A stretch of DNA of 46,100 bases from NCBI RefSeq assembly GCF_004010195.1, contig NC_057718.1, positions 48,357,345 to 48,403,444 on the forward strand. The letters run 5' to 3'. Position 1 is the stretch's first letter, and every line of letters begins with the position of its first letter. A program made the position numbers and the translations under genes. Of this stretch, positions 11,097 through 23,904 are shown one piece after another. The stretch is from Chiloscyllium plagiosum. Taxonomy: Eukaryota. A model generated the notes under the pieces. It was not told the origin of the DNA, did no database searches, and was given only the letters and a program-made list of their open reading frames with translations.

Positions 11097-12901
11097 GTAC
11101 TTTGCTTTTAAGAGAGTTGAACTTTAAGGACTTCATGCATTGTGTATTTATAATCCAAGCCAGACTCTTCCTGGCACTAAATCTGGTTTGGATTTGCAAG
11201 CTGCACATGCAGAAATCAACTGGTTTCCTGCACTGTCTGCTTCATAACTTATAATATGTTCTATTGCTTTAAATAAGCTAACCAATGGAGATAATAAGTC
11301 CTCGGTGAGCAACTAATTATTAAACCATTACTATTAACACAATATGGTGAACAGTGGTTAAAAACATCATACTGATGAGGCCTATCTTGCTTGAACAGTC
11401 TTAAGCCAATTTCTGTTCAGGTAGAACACATGGTTGACAGTCCTAAATCATGCTACAGTGCCTGAGACAACTTTTGATGTATTTGTTTGCTTAATAGTGG
11501 TGGAGAGTGTTAAAAACACAATTAAACTGACAAATCCCTATTGAGAGGTCATTTTAATTCACTTAAAAAGATAACTAACTGGAGTTTATGCCAGATCAAT
11601 ACAAAGGAAGGGAAGGCCAAACATATATTGCTAAAATGTCTACAAAATTCCTCAGTTCATATTTGGACACTGAAACCTCCCAACAGAATGTAATGTTTAA
11701 CCAACTCTCAAACTGATGCTTTCTAATATCAGTGTGCCTGGTGCAGAAAAGCAAGCCATTCAGATTTACTAAACGCCTGGGAATGAAGGTGATTTCAGGC
11801 ATAACACATCAGGATGAACAGCTGAAAATCTGAAAGATATTCAAAATAAATTATTCAAAATATATTAGAAGATCAATTTAGGGTCAGATTAAATTTTCAT
11901 ATTCATCAGCTAGAACTTATATCATTTAGACAGAAACTTGCAGTTCATACAGACCATTTCATGAGTTGAGGCAGGGAAAAAGTTGTACATTTTGTGATTT
12001 TTCAGATGCAGAGCTAGCAAACACAATTGAATTATTGAGCTAGTGATCATATTTACCTGTATTCCTGCTTGTCGATTGTCCTCTTTTGAAACAGACTTTG
12101 GACACTGGAGGACTGTGTCCGTTAAGGAATCCTATCCCAGTAACAGTCACCTTTTCAGAAGTGAATATTGCATTATGTTTTCTTCAAATATCCTTAGTTA
12201 GTCTCAAACTCAATCACTGCAATGTATTGTTACATATTTCAGGTAAATAAAACTTTTAAATTAAGTGCTGTAAGAATAGGATAGTAAGCATTTCATGACA
12301 TGCAGGTTGTAATCTAGTGCTGTGTTTGACCTTAACCCTTGCACTAGAACTTGCAAAAATCTCCAATGAGTTTGTTTACAGTTTAGAAAATGTATTCAAA
12401 TATATCTGACATTAACTGTTCAGGTCTGCCATAAATCTGAACAATCTGCTGAGCTCCAAGTTTATTCCTGTATAAAACTTCCAACAAACTGGATTTTCAG
12501 ATTACTCATTGTTTGTTTGCTTTGCTTGTTAATAAGCAGTGTTTAAGCTATCATTATCAGTATGTTAATTTTCCACTGGTAAACTGACAGACCTGTCACA
12601 TATTACTTTTATCTGTTTGGTTAAACTTTAACTTGAAAAAATTCTATTTACTCTTGAAACTTATTTGCATGATCTCATCCAGTTGCAAAATAGATAAGGA
12701 AGGTAAACCATCCAATATTGAATATTCCATTTGCTACAACTTCTAACTCTGGACTAGATAATGTCAACTGAGTATTCCCATTCCACGATTAGTATAACAT
12801 TACAGTTTACTTTAGAATATCTAAAGATTTTTAGAATTTTTATGGAGATGAAAATTTATTTGCAATAACCCTCAATCCATTTTTTTTAGCTCATTCATGG
12901 G

Positions 12902-13230
12902 GTGGAACGGTGACTCAGTGGTTAGTACTACTGCCTCAGGTTCGATTTCAACCTCAGACAACTGTCTGTGTGGAGTTTGCACATTCTCCCTGTGTCTGCA
13001 TGGGTTTCCTCTGGGTGCTCTGGTTTCCTCCCATAATCACAAAGATGTGCAGTTTAGGTGAATTGGCCATGCTAAATTGCCCGTAGTATTCAGGGATGTG
13101 TAGGTTAATTGCATTAATCAGGGGTAAAATGTAGAGTGGTAGGAGAATGGGTCTGGGTGGGTTGCTCTTCGGAGGGTTGGTGTGGGCTTGTTGGGCTGAA
13201 GGGCCTGTTTCCACACTGTAGGGATTCTAT
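12902..13230 (+). mobile_element. HE1 (V-SINE) SINE
   Basis: A-box ggtgactcagtggttag, B-box ggttcgatt, V-domain and CR1-type tail gggcctgtttccacactgtagggattctat. Confidence 0.92.
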
Positions 13231-14129
13231 ACTGAGTTAAAGTATAACTCAGTTAAATTAAATTAGATTAATTATTTTTCTTCTTGTGTCAAATTTCTTC
13301 CTTTCACATTGTTTAATTTAGATTAATTAAAACACTGTAATTAAGATTTCTTGTTTACTTGTAATTGGGCTCCGGTAATGTTCTAAGGAGGTTGGAATTT
13401 ATGTGGGTTGGGGAAGTAGTGCTGGTGTGAACGCTGTTTTGCTATCTCTCCACATTCCATTTAATTGCATGAGAAGAGACCTCTGCTCCATCAAATGGCA
13501 GCTCTCTAATCCTAGTAGAGCCAGGAACAGTAGCCACTGCTGAGGCTGCAGTAAGTGCTGGGTGGTGTTCATTGACGTAGCCAAACAAGGTAAGTGAGGT
13601 GGGTAGGGCATGGCATCATTGAGGTCAGGATGATGGGCCCATTCAGTGGGGTGGAGCAGTAGACAGGGCAAGGGGAAGGAGAAAAGCTTGGATTTGAAGT
13701 CCTGGATAGGGAGGGGCCTTTAATGAGCAAGGAAGCCTGTAAAGGAGGAACCATTACTTTAGTCCAGCCACCAGTCCAAAAGCAGTGAAAGTTGCTGATT
13801 ATACATTTGACATGGGCCTTTGCTGCTATGGGTTGAATCCCAGTGTGGTGGTGAGAGGAGGCTTTTAATTGGGCCTTAAAATGGCCAGTAAAAGGCCCAT
13901 AACTGGTTCACAGGCAAGTGGGCATTCCTAATGCCTGCAGAAAAATTATGGTAAGGCAGGGATGGATAGGCAGAAATAGATATAAACCCAGCCATGAGCC
14001 AACACACCCCAGGAGATTGTAAGATCCAGCCCAAACTGACTTGCCTGGAAATGGAGGGATCCTTGGTTTCACATTTTAGCCTCATTTCATTCACTTGTCT
14101 TATCTGTCCTCAATAATTTTGAAAATCTC

Positions 14130-14690
14130 GTGTCTGTGCCTTAGTTGCACCAAGTTCTTTTATCAATCATCCCCGTGCTTGCTCACCTCCATTGGCTTCT
14201 GGTTGTGCAGTGCCTTTATTTTAAAATTCTCATCCTTTAAAGTCCTCCACAGAAACATTGAAAATAGAAGCAGCAGGCTGTTTAGCAAATTAATTTCTGT
14301 CCACCATTCACCATGATCCTGGCTGATCCTCAAACTCAGTGCCATATACCCACACACTCTCTATATCATTTGACACTTTTAGCATCTGGAAATCTATTTA
14401 TTCTTGTTTTCACAGTCACACACTACACTTAGAAGTTTGTGCATCTTTATTTCTTGGCTGTTGGATATCCTTGATTTTAACTGGTAGCCATTCATTCAGT
14501 TAGCCATATCTTGAGCTTCCATCCCCGAACCTCTATGTCTCTCCACCTCTGTTTCCTTCTTTACACATGAAAACCTCAATTTTTGACTGACCTTTTGATT
14601 GCCAAGAATATCTCCTGGTGAAGCTCAGTGCAATATTTTGCTTCTTAGTATGTCTTAATACATTACTCTGTAAACAAATGTTACTGTATC
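14130..14690 (+). mobile_element. Old L2-like LINE 3' remnant interrupted by an antisense CR1 tail (~14250-14400)
   Basis: atcatccccgtgcttgctcacctccattggctt...tttaaaattctcatc encodes an IIPVLAHLHWL..FKILI-like L2 motif. Confidence 0.55.
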
Positions 14691-15659
14691 AAATGTTGAC
14701 TTAATTCAATCATAGACGTTTGTTGAAAGTCTCCTTTCAAAAATAGCATAAATATGAAATTGTCTTAACAAATAAAAAGAAAACCTGCAAGACCAAACAA
14801 AATGTAAAGATGTATATATTTTACAATTTGGTCTTTGGATGTGGGTAGCACTGCATTTTATTTCCCTGAGATGGGAATGATGGGCCTTTATCTTACACTA
14901 TCACAATCCTTGAGCTGACAGTATCCCCACATTATAAGGTAAAGAATTCTAGATTTTTAACACAGCAATGATGAAGAAACATTAGTTTAAGTTTCAGTCA
15001 GAATGATGTCAGATTTTGCGATGATAGTCATCCAAGGATCTTTCAGGTCTTCTCCTCATTGATGGTAGAGGTGGTGTAACTGTGAGGGATTGTCAAAGTT
15101 AAATTTTGTATGTTGCTGCACTGCAGCTGATAAATCACATACATTGTAGCCTCAGTGCCCCAGTGATGTAGAAACTGGACAGTAAACCCACTGAGCCTGA
15201 TCTGGTGGATGATGTTGAGCTACTGAATTGTTGTTTACATATTCATCCAGGTGAGTCATGAATATTCCATAACATTCTTAACCTGAACATTACAGATAGC
15301 AGAGGGGCTTTCAGATGTCAGAATATGAGTCATTCATTGCAGCATACACAGGCTGTTCCACTAAGCTTCTAAGCTATTGTATGGTGACTCGTATTGGTGC
15401 TGTTGAAGGGCAGCAGGAGGTTATTCAGTCTTCCATACTGGACAGGGTATTAGCTGGAAATTCTCTTGGACAAACTATCACTTGTTGGTCAAACGTGAAT
15501 GTTTTCCAGAAGTTATTCTGATCTGCTTTCTAAATGGAGTGTATATGATTGAAAGTAAACATTGTATTATTCTGAGGGAACAACCCTACTCTTAGAACAG
15601 AGTTAATTGATGACCTGAGGAACAGGAAACATGACAACAGCCAAGGATGTGTTAGGTTA

Positions 15660-17330
15660 CATAGGAAATAGGAACAGAAATAGGCTATTCAGCCCATTGA
15701 ACCTGCTTCATCATTCAACTAGATAACTGGTGATCATTCAACTAGATAGTTGCGATTTTCATATAGTATCCCAATATTCCTTAAAATGTTTAATATGTAA
15801 AAAAAATCTGTTGATGTATGCATTGAACATGCTCAATGACTAAACCTCCACAGCCTGATGCCATAGAGAATTCCAAAGATTTACCACCCTTTCAGTGAAA
15901 GAATTCCTCCTCACTTTAGTTCTTGATGTTTTACCTCTTCTGAGACTGTGCCTCTGGTTCAAGATCCAAGTCAAGGGAACCATCCTTCTCTACATTTCCA
16001 CTGTTGAGCTGGTAAGAATTCTGTTTGCTTCAATGAGATCACCTTTAATTCTTCTAGACAATAGGGAATATGGGTCCATTCTCCTCAAGCTGTCCTCATC
16101 AAACAATCTCACTGTCCCTGGAGTCAGTCTGGTCGACATTTATTCCACACCCTCTATGGGCATACATCCTTCCCTAGGAGAGGAGACCAAAAGTGTTCAA
16201 AAGTTCCACGTGATTTCACCAAGATTCCATACAATTGCAGCAAAAATTAGAAACATGGAAAATAGGAGCCATTTTACCCATTCAATTCACTCTGCCATTC
16301 GATATGATCATGGCTAATGTTGTATTTTAGTGTATTAATCCTGCTCACTTCCAATATCATTTGCCACATTTAACCACTTTCCATAAGCAATCCCAGCATT
16401 GCACGGATTAATTTGTAGAACCTACATTGAACTCCCTCCATGGTAGGTATACCCTTCATTAGATAAAGGACACCAAACTGTACACAATAATCGAGATGTG
16501 GTCTTCATTGTTCCCTCCAATTCTTTTCTTCCCTTGGACCGCTGAGGTCCTTGCAAAGCAGAGACTTCCAGAATGGATAGTCAGTGCTGTGATCTATGTC
16601 AGCACACAAATCTCCAGGTGTGAACATCAGATTGGCTGTATGTGTGTACAGCTGGGCAGCTTAGAGGGATCATTGGTGGTCTCACGAAGGCTGGTCACAA
16701 CTGGAGCAAGACATTTTCTTATCTGTACTCAAATCCACATGAATTTAATGCCAACATACCATTTGCCTTTCTAATTGCTTGCTGCAGATGCTTGCTGTTT
16801 TTTTTAAACTAATACACAAGAAAACCCAGGCCCCTTTGGACACCCACTCTTTCCAAGCTTCTCACCATTTAGGAAATATTCTTTCTTTCTGTTTTATTTT
16901 GTACTAAAGTGAGCAATTTCATACTTATTCACATTATATTCCAGTTGCCACTCGTTCAGCCTACCCAAGTCCTCTTGAAGTCTCTTTGCATTATCCTCAT
17001 GACTTACATTGTCCCCAGGTTTGGTGTCATCAGCAAATTTGGAAAATTACAATTGGTCCCTACTTTACAATCACTGATACAGATTGTGAACAGTTGGAAA
17101 CTAGTATTGACCCTTGCAGCATTTCCACTGGTGCCATCCTGAAAATGATTTGTTTTTTCCTACTCCCTACTCTGTAAGTGTTAACCAATTCTCAGTCCAT
17201 AGTTGAGTATTTCCCCCAATCCGATGCACACTAATTTTATTTACTAGCATCCTATGTAATATCTTATCAAAAGCCTTCTGAAAATTCAAATATACCACAC
17301 ATACTAGTTCTCCTTTCTCTATGTTAAAGA
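15660..17330 (-). mobile_element. Cluster of old antisense CR1 fragments
   Basis: CR1 tails at ~15660 and ~16250; RT remnants (ttggtgtcatcagcaaattt, cttatcaaaagccttctgaaaattc). Confidence 0.7.
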
Positions 17331-20094
17331 AATATTCTCCAAATTATGATGCTATTTGTCCAAAAGGCATGACCCAGGTCAGAAATCTTGGGCCTTAAGT
17401 GCATCTTTTTCAGAAAAAAAGTGTTTCCACTTCACTTTTTTTGTCAGGAGGCTATCCCTTTAAATGCTGCAGTTGGGTCAAAAGTTTTATTTTTAGAGAG
17501 ACTCACATTCTCATCCATAAAGTAGGAACGCTATTCATTGAGTCGATGTCACATGAATAAAGAACAGAATAAAAGATACTTGTCACTCCATATTCAATAG
17601 TGATTTGTTAAACTTAAAAATAAATCCTCAAAAATGGGTGCGATTTGACCTAAAGGGTGTTGGTCTGCTACAGGAGTTCAGCAATATCAGAAATCAAATA
17701 AAAAACTTTAGCTTTGAGTCCCCATATCACAACTTTGTCACCCAAGAAACTGGCCCCATGGCTATCAATAATAGTCTAACACTTCATTGAAATTAAACTA
17801 GTATACCCATTTACTAAGCTCATGGGCTACAAGATTTGGTATTTGTAGGTGGAAGACAAGAAAAGATTAAAAGATGGCAAAGAAGTTATCTTACTTAAAA
17901 AAATAAAGTTACCATAATCCTACTGGACAATAGGCTTGTTCTCTCATTAGACAGAGATTTTAAATTAAGGATCAGTAGATGTGTGAACTGCATTACCCCA
18001 GAGCTAGTAACTGTCCATCAAGGCTAGTTCAGGGCTCCAACAGGAATGTTTGTAATGTTCACATCCAAACACTAGTTTGCTCACAAAGACTCCCCTCTCC
18101 AAATTTCCACGGTATCTTTCTTGATTGAATAATTAGGTCAGCCCTCTTTTGTTCTCTTTTAACAATCACCAATCTCATAGCATTCCCATATCCTACCTAG
18201 ATTTTTGGATACATTACTGAATTCCCTCCCACAGCCAATGTCTGTGTAGGGGCAGAGTTGTACTGTTTTGTCTTTTCCCCAATTCCCGGCTTTATTATTT
18301 TTTTCCTTGAACCAGAGTAATTTCCCTCACTCTTCTTTGCACTGCACATTTCTAAGCTATCATATTTGGCATTGAACTGAAACTAGCTTCTACTTGCTTT
18401 CAGCTTCTACTGTACATTCTGTTGCATGGCACTATCACTGTGTTAAATGGGATGGATTCAGAACAGATCTAGCAGCTCAAAAGTGGGCATCTACAGATTC
18501 TCAGCAGTGGCAGAATTGTAATCTACTGCAATCTGTAACTGCATCCCAGTAGATTCCTCAGTCTTGTCATTATGATCAAGCCAAGGAAATAATATTTGTC
18601 CAATTAAGAGTATGAGAAAGCAGTCCAGGAGCAGCAATAAGTATCATAGTTAAAATTAGGTGTCAACTTGGTAAAGTGACTGAACAGGAAACAGTAGAAG
18701 TAGCCATCTACAGATCAAAGCTCTGCAGTAATGACCCATTATAAATGCTAACAAACAATTAAATACTGAATAGGATGCGGAGTTTCTATAAACAGTGTCA
18801 TAAATACAAACTTTATAGAATTATTATTATTTCAGACTGTCTCTTTAATTTAAGGTAAAATGGAGAAAGAAAATTATGGTCAAGTGACCTGTTCTGAATT
18901 CTGCCCACTAATAAGCCTGGGTGTTTGTTTGCTATGGGGTCAGTAGGATTCAGGTTGATTTACTGGGAGGAAGGTGCATGATGTTCACACCTGGAGAAAT
19001 GGTGATCAGCAGTTGTGCTGCCTGTGGGTGCACTGTTAGTCTTTAAGTTTCACAGGAAGATATTAGGTACATCATTCTTTATTACCAGATTTTAAACCAT
19101 GTTTAATTCCAAGATAGAATGGAGTTTGGTCAAATGATAACTAGTTAGCATTTCTACCTGGACACAAGGCTGAAATGATTAAAGTTGCTAGCAGGATAGA
19201 CTTTGAAAAGACAAGCCCCTATATTACTGTGTTGCAGATTTTCTGAAATATCCCTGAAATGCAAAGCAACAAGTCAGTCTGCAGGAATTAGAGAGCAAGC
19301 GAGAGAGAAAGCAGGATGAAGTGAGTTAGCCAGTGTTGCCGTAAGGCAGAAAAAATGCTGACTCTGTTGGTCACCACACTAACACTCGGACTGAAGTGAT
19401 CAAGTCTATTAGAATTTAAAGGAAGCTAGCAGATTCATCTAGCATAGGCTAAAGGGAAGGAATCTCCAGTGGAATCCTTTCAATGAAAGTCAGCTTTGGG
19501 ATAAGAAATTACTCAGCTGGGAAAGGGGAAAAGGAAGCAAGCTCTTGGAAGTTGGTAATAACTTAAACTGGTTCCAGGAAAATGAATCGTCCACTTGGTT
19601 TAGGATAAGGTGTAGATATTGGGATTTTTTTTAGTTGATAAAAGATAAATGGGATTTTTTTTCATGTAGTTAAAGTTTAAGTTGTATAAAAATATAATGC
19701 ATAGTCAATGTTGCTATTAGTTTGCTAATTGCAGTAAAAGCCTTAAAACTTGAAATATTGTTTTGTGATTCTTGCAGTCATTCATTGTAAATTCAGTAAC
19801 TTTTTAAAAGCTATCAGTTTCTATTGTGATTCTAACAATGTCCCCATTATCCATAATGACAAAGCCCAAATTGTGAGTGTAAGAGACAAGGTTGAGCATT
19901 TGCAACCATATTCAATCAGAAGTGCCAAATGAATGATCTGTCTTGATCTTCTGAGGTATTTACCATCACAGAAGCCTGTCTTCATCCAATTTGATTTATT
20001 CCATGTGATACCAATAAATACACAAGTGTGTTGGATTCGGCAAAGGTTGTGGCGTCTAACAATCATAGAATCACAGAATTGAATGGTGAACTTA

Positions 20095-20850
20095 TAATGA
20101 TTTATAAATTTATGAGGGACATAAATAACCAAAATTTTTTTCATTGGGTGGGAGAATTCAAAAATAGACGGCATTTGAAAAGGATGTGATGGCTAACTTT
20201 TTCAGGCAAAGGCTGGTGCGTGTATGGAACAAGCTGCCAGGGGAAGCGGTGGAGGCTGGTAAAATTACAACATTTAAAAGGTATGTGCATTGGTATATGA
20301 ATAGGAAGGGTTGAGAGAGATGTGGGCCAAATGCTGACAAATGGGTCTCGGTCAGACTGGATGTCTGGTCGGTGTGGGCAAATTGGATCGAAGGGCCTAT
20401 TTCTGTGCCTGATGAGTCTAAGTTGCAGCATAGAAGGAGGTCATTCAACTCATTGTGCCTGCGCTGACTGTTCAAATGAGCACCATTACCTCATACTAAT
20501 CTCCTGCATTTCCAGCCAAATAATCGTCTAAAGACCTCTTGAATGCCTCAATTGAACCTGCCTCTACGACATTTCCAGATAGTGAATGGCATACTGTAAC
20601 TACTCGCTGTGTAAAAGGTTTTCTCACAGCACCCTTTTACAACATAAATTTAAATCTATGCAGTCTCATTCTTGTTCCTTTTATGAGTATGAGCAATTTC
20701 TACCTATCTGCTTCATCCAGTCCCCTCTTATTTTGAAAACCTCTTTCAGATCTCACCTCAGCTGTCTTCTCTCCAAGGAAAACAATTCCAACTTCTACAA
20801 TCTATCCCTATAACTTAAATTTCTTATTCCTAGAACCATTCTTGTAAATT
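20095..20850. mobile_element. Tail-to-tail CR1 3' fragments (+ ~20095-20420; - ~20425-20850)
   Basis: Plus copy gives WNKLPGEAVEAG plus tail; minus copy carries an older-subfamily tail. Confidence 0.7.
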
Positions 20851-20859
20851 GATATTCCA

Positions 20860-22230
20860 ATAGTAGTGCTGAAAACGTGTGTCTTAGAAGTAGCCATGTC
20901 CTAGCCAAGTTCTTTCAGGACAGTTACAATACTGGCATCTACTCCATAAAGTGAATAATTACCCAGGGACATAATACTCACTGATAAGACGATGTACCCC
21001 ATCTGGCCAAGTACTTCCCCCTCTGGACAGTGGTGAGGGATCTCCAATCGTGGTATGAACCACACTTGCTCACCATAAGTCTTTCTGCAGAATCTCAGTT
21101 TCGGTTGTGCCTAGACCTTATTAAAACCCTGAATCAAACATGGACAAAAATGTTGAATTCCAGTGAGACTGAGGTGAGAGTGACAGTCCTAGATATCTGG
21201 CAGCACATGACTTAGTGTGACATTGAAAAACTCCTGTAAAATTGAATTAAATGCATATCAGAGTAAAAATTAGCCATTTTATTGAGTTATACCTTCTACA
21301 AAAAAAATGGTTATGGCTGGCTGAGACTAATCATCTAGCTCTGTCCTCAGTGCAGAGGTTCTTCAAGGCCTAACTAGTGTTAGAGGTGTTATCAATTGTA
21401 TTCTCCCCTTTATAAGGCCAGAAGTGAGGACATTTTCTGATAACTTACAATGTTCAGCTGCATTTGTAACAATTCAGTTAAAGCATTGCATCCCCATATA
21501 TAGTAAAGCCTGCACAACTTACAACCTTGGGTGGGTAATTTCCACCACACAAGCACCAGGCAACATTCATCCTTCCTCTGACAATCAAACTAATTACTAT
21601 CTTCAAACTCCATACCATTTACATTATTGACCAGAAACTGATCTGGACAAAGCCCGTTAATAATATGGTTACAAGAGCAGGTCAATGCATTAAAATACAG
21701 TGATTGGAAATACTGTGTCACGTTAAGATGAGCATAGCTCCAAGAATCCTCAAGGGGTGGTGAAAGTTTATTGTGGATAGATGGGAATGTGGAGTGATCT
21801 GATCAGCTATGATTTTATTGAATGGCAGGAGCAAACTTGAGGGGTTGAGTGGTCTATTCTTCCCTATCTGTGAAACATTCAGAACAAAGCAGGTTACTTG
21901 ATTGGCGCCCCTTCACCTCAAATCTTCATTCCTTCCATAACTGGCGTGCAAACGTTGCATATCAATTGCAGGTTACGCTTATTGAGGTTGCCTTGGCAAC
22001 AATTCTCAAATCTGTGACTTGCAAGAACCACAGCAGCAAGGTAGGGAATAGAAACATATTCAAGTTTTCCTCCAAATTACACACTAACTTATGTTGTAAG
22101 TATTGCAGTTCTTCTGTCATCACAAGGCCATATTCCTGGAACTCCCTGCTTAGCATAGCAATGGAGATGTCTTCACCACTTGAACTGCTTGGATAAGCAA
22201 TAAAAGTTGACCTGCTGGTGATGCCCACAT
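20860..22230 (+). mobile_element. Highly degenerate LINE of a second CR1-clade family
   Basis: ctagccaagttctttcaggacagttacaatactggcatcta, cattgaccagaaactgatctggac and tail gatgcccacattcc; related remnant at 28765-29330. Confidence 0.55.
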
Positions 22231-22335
22231 TCCTCTAATTAAAGAGGGAATCCAAATCTAATGCTGTTTTCTTAGCCTAAAGAATTTGGAAGTTAATTGT
22301 AGCAGCACCCAATAAAATCCCTGGTTAAAATTAGG

Positions 22336-23215
22336 TAGAGTCATAGAGATATACAGCACGAAACAGACCCTTCGGTCCAACTCGTCCATGCTGACCAAAT
22401 ATCCCAACCCAATCTAGTCCCACCTGCCAGCACCCGGCCCATATCCCTCCAAACCCTTCCTATTCATATACACATCCAGATCCCTTTTAAATGTTGCAAT
22501 TGTACCAGTCTCCACCACTTCCTTTGGCAGCCCATTCCACACACGCACCACCCTCTGCATGAAAAAGTTGCCCGTTAGGTCTCTTTTATATATTTCCCCT
22601 CTCACCCTAAACCTATGCCCTCTAGTTCTGGAGTCCGCCATCCCTGGGAAAAAAACCTAGTCTATTTACCCTACCCATGCCTCTCATGACTTTATAAACG
22701 TATATAAGGTCATCCCTCAGCCTCTGACACTCCAGGGAAAATAGCCCCAGCCTTTTCAACCTCTCTCTATAGCACAAATCCTCCAACCCTGGCAACTTCC
22801 TTGTAAATCTTTTCTGAACCCTTTCAAGTTTCACAACATCCTTCTGATAGGAAGGAGACCAGAATTGCACGCAATATTCCAACAGTGGCCTAACCAATGT
22901 CCTGTATAGCCGCAACATGACCTCCCAACTCCTGTACTCAATACTCTGATCAATAAAGGAAAGCATACCAGACGCCTTCTTCACTATCCTATCTACTTGC
23001 AACTCCACTTTCAAGGAGTTATGAACCTGCACTCCAAGGTCTCTTTGTTTAGCAACACTCCCCAGGATCTTACTATTAAGTGTATAAGTCCTGCTAAGAT
23101 TTGTTTTTCCGAATGCAGCACCTCACATTTATCTAAATTAAACTCCATCTGCGACTTCTCAGCTCACTGGCCCATCTGATCAAGATCCCATTGTAATCTG
23201 ATATAACCTTCTTCA
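22336..23215 (-). mobile_element. 5'-truncated CR1/HER1 LINE, relatively young
   Basis: ORF 22622-23032 (LYRTLVRPLLEYCVQFWSP) and complete tail ending tctatgactcta. Confidence 0.95.
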
Positions 23216-23904
23216 CAACTAGGTAAACTAAACATTGACTCAAATGTGTTTGGTTTGATCAGCCATTTACTTACTTAACAAACTAATGATTAATATTTAT
23301 TATGTGTATTAAATCCATATGCAGTTGCCACAGTGATCTCAACAGTTACAATTTGTTGTTTATTTCTCTGCTCTGGAAGTTGCCAAAGTCACAATGTTCC
23401 TTGGTATTTTCATCGTTGGTGTCAGCATGCTGTAAGCTGGTGGTCAATTCCTAAGAATGTCAAACAGAAACGTCCTGTCCCATTTGTATATTGGCACATC
23501 AAAGATTAATTCTTGGACACCCACATACACATCCTCATCCTTCACTTACATTACTTATGGACACAATGCCAGCTTCCATGCACAATACCACTCTAATGCC
23601 TCTCTCAAACCCTTCTATGCCCCTCTCATTTTGCTTGTCTGACACCCAGTCTTACCTGAGTTTTAAGTTTCACTGGCTCAATGTTGGAAAAAAAACCGAA
23701 GAGATTGTTTGTGGCTCTAACAATGAGCCTCTTGGACTCACCAGTTCTTTAAATCTAATATTCTGTGGTTAGAAAATCACTTCATTTTTAGGTGCAAGTC
23801 CATTTCACAGCCATTATAGTGTCAGGCTTACTTTTCAAAACAAAATGTTTTAAAGATCGAAGTTTTACATTTGACAATAAACCAATCACATAATCCATCC
23901 CTTC

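Noticed and set aside
12905..12955. tRNA gene-like A/B boxes
   Set aside because: They are the head of an HE1 SINE; no cloverleaf can be formed.
13231..13253. 9-bp inverted repeat actgagtta-aagta-taactcagt
   Set aside because: Short and AT-rich; compatible with chance or an insertion scar next to the SINE tail.
18820..19860. Possible second solo LTR
   Set aside because: Composition is suggestive, but I could not define TG..CA ends or a TSD.
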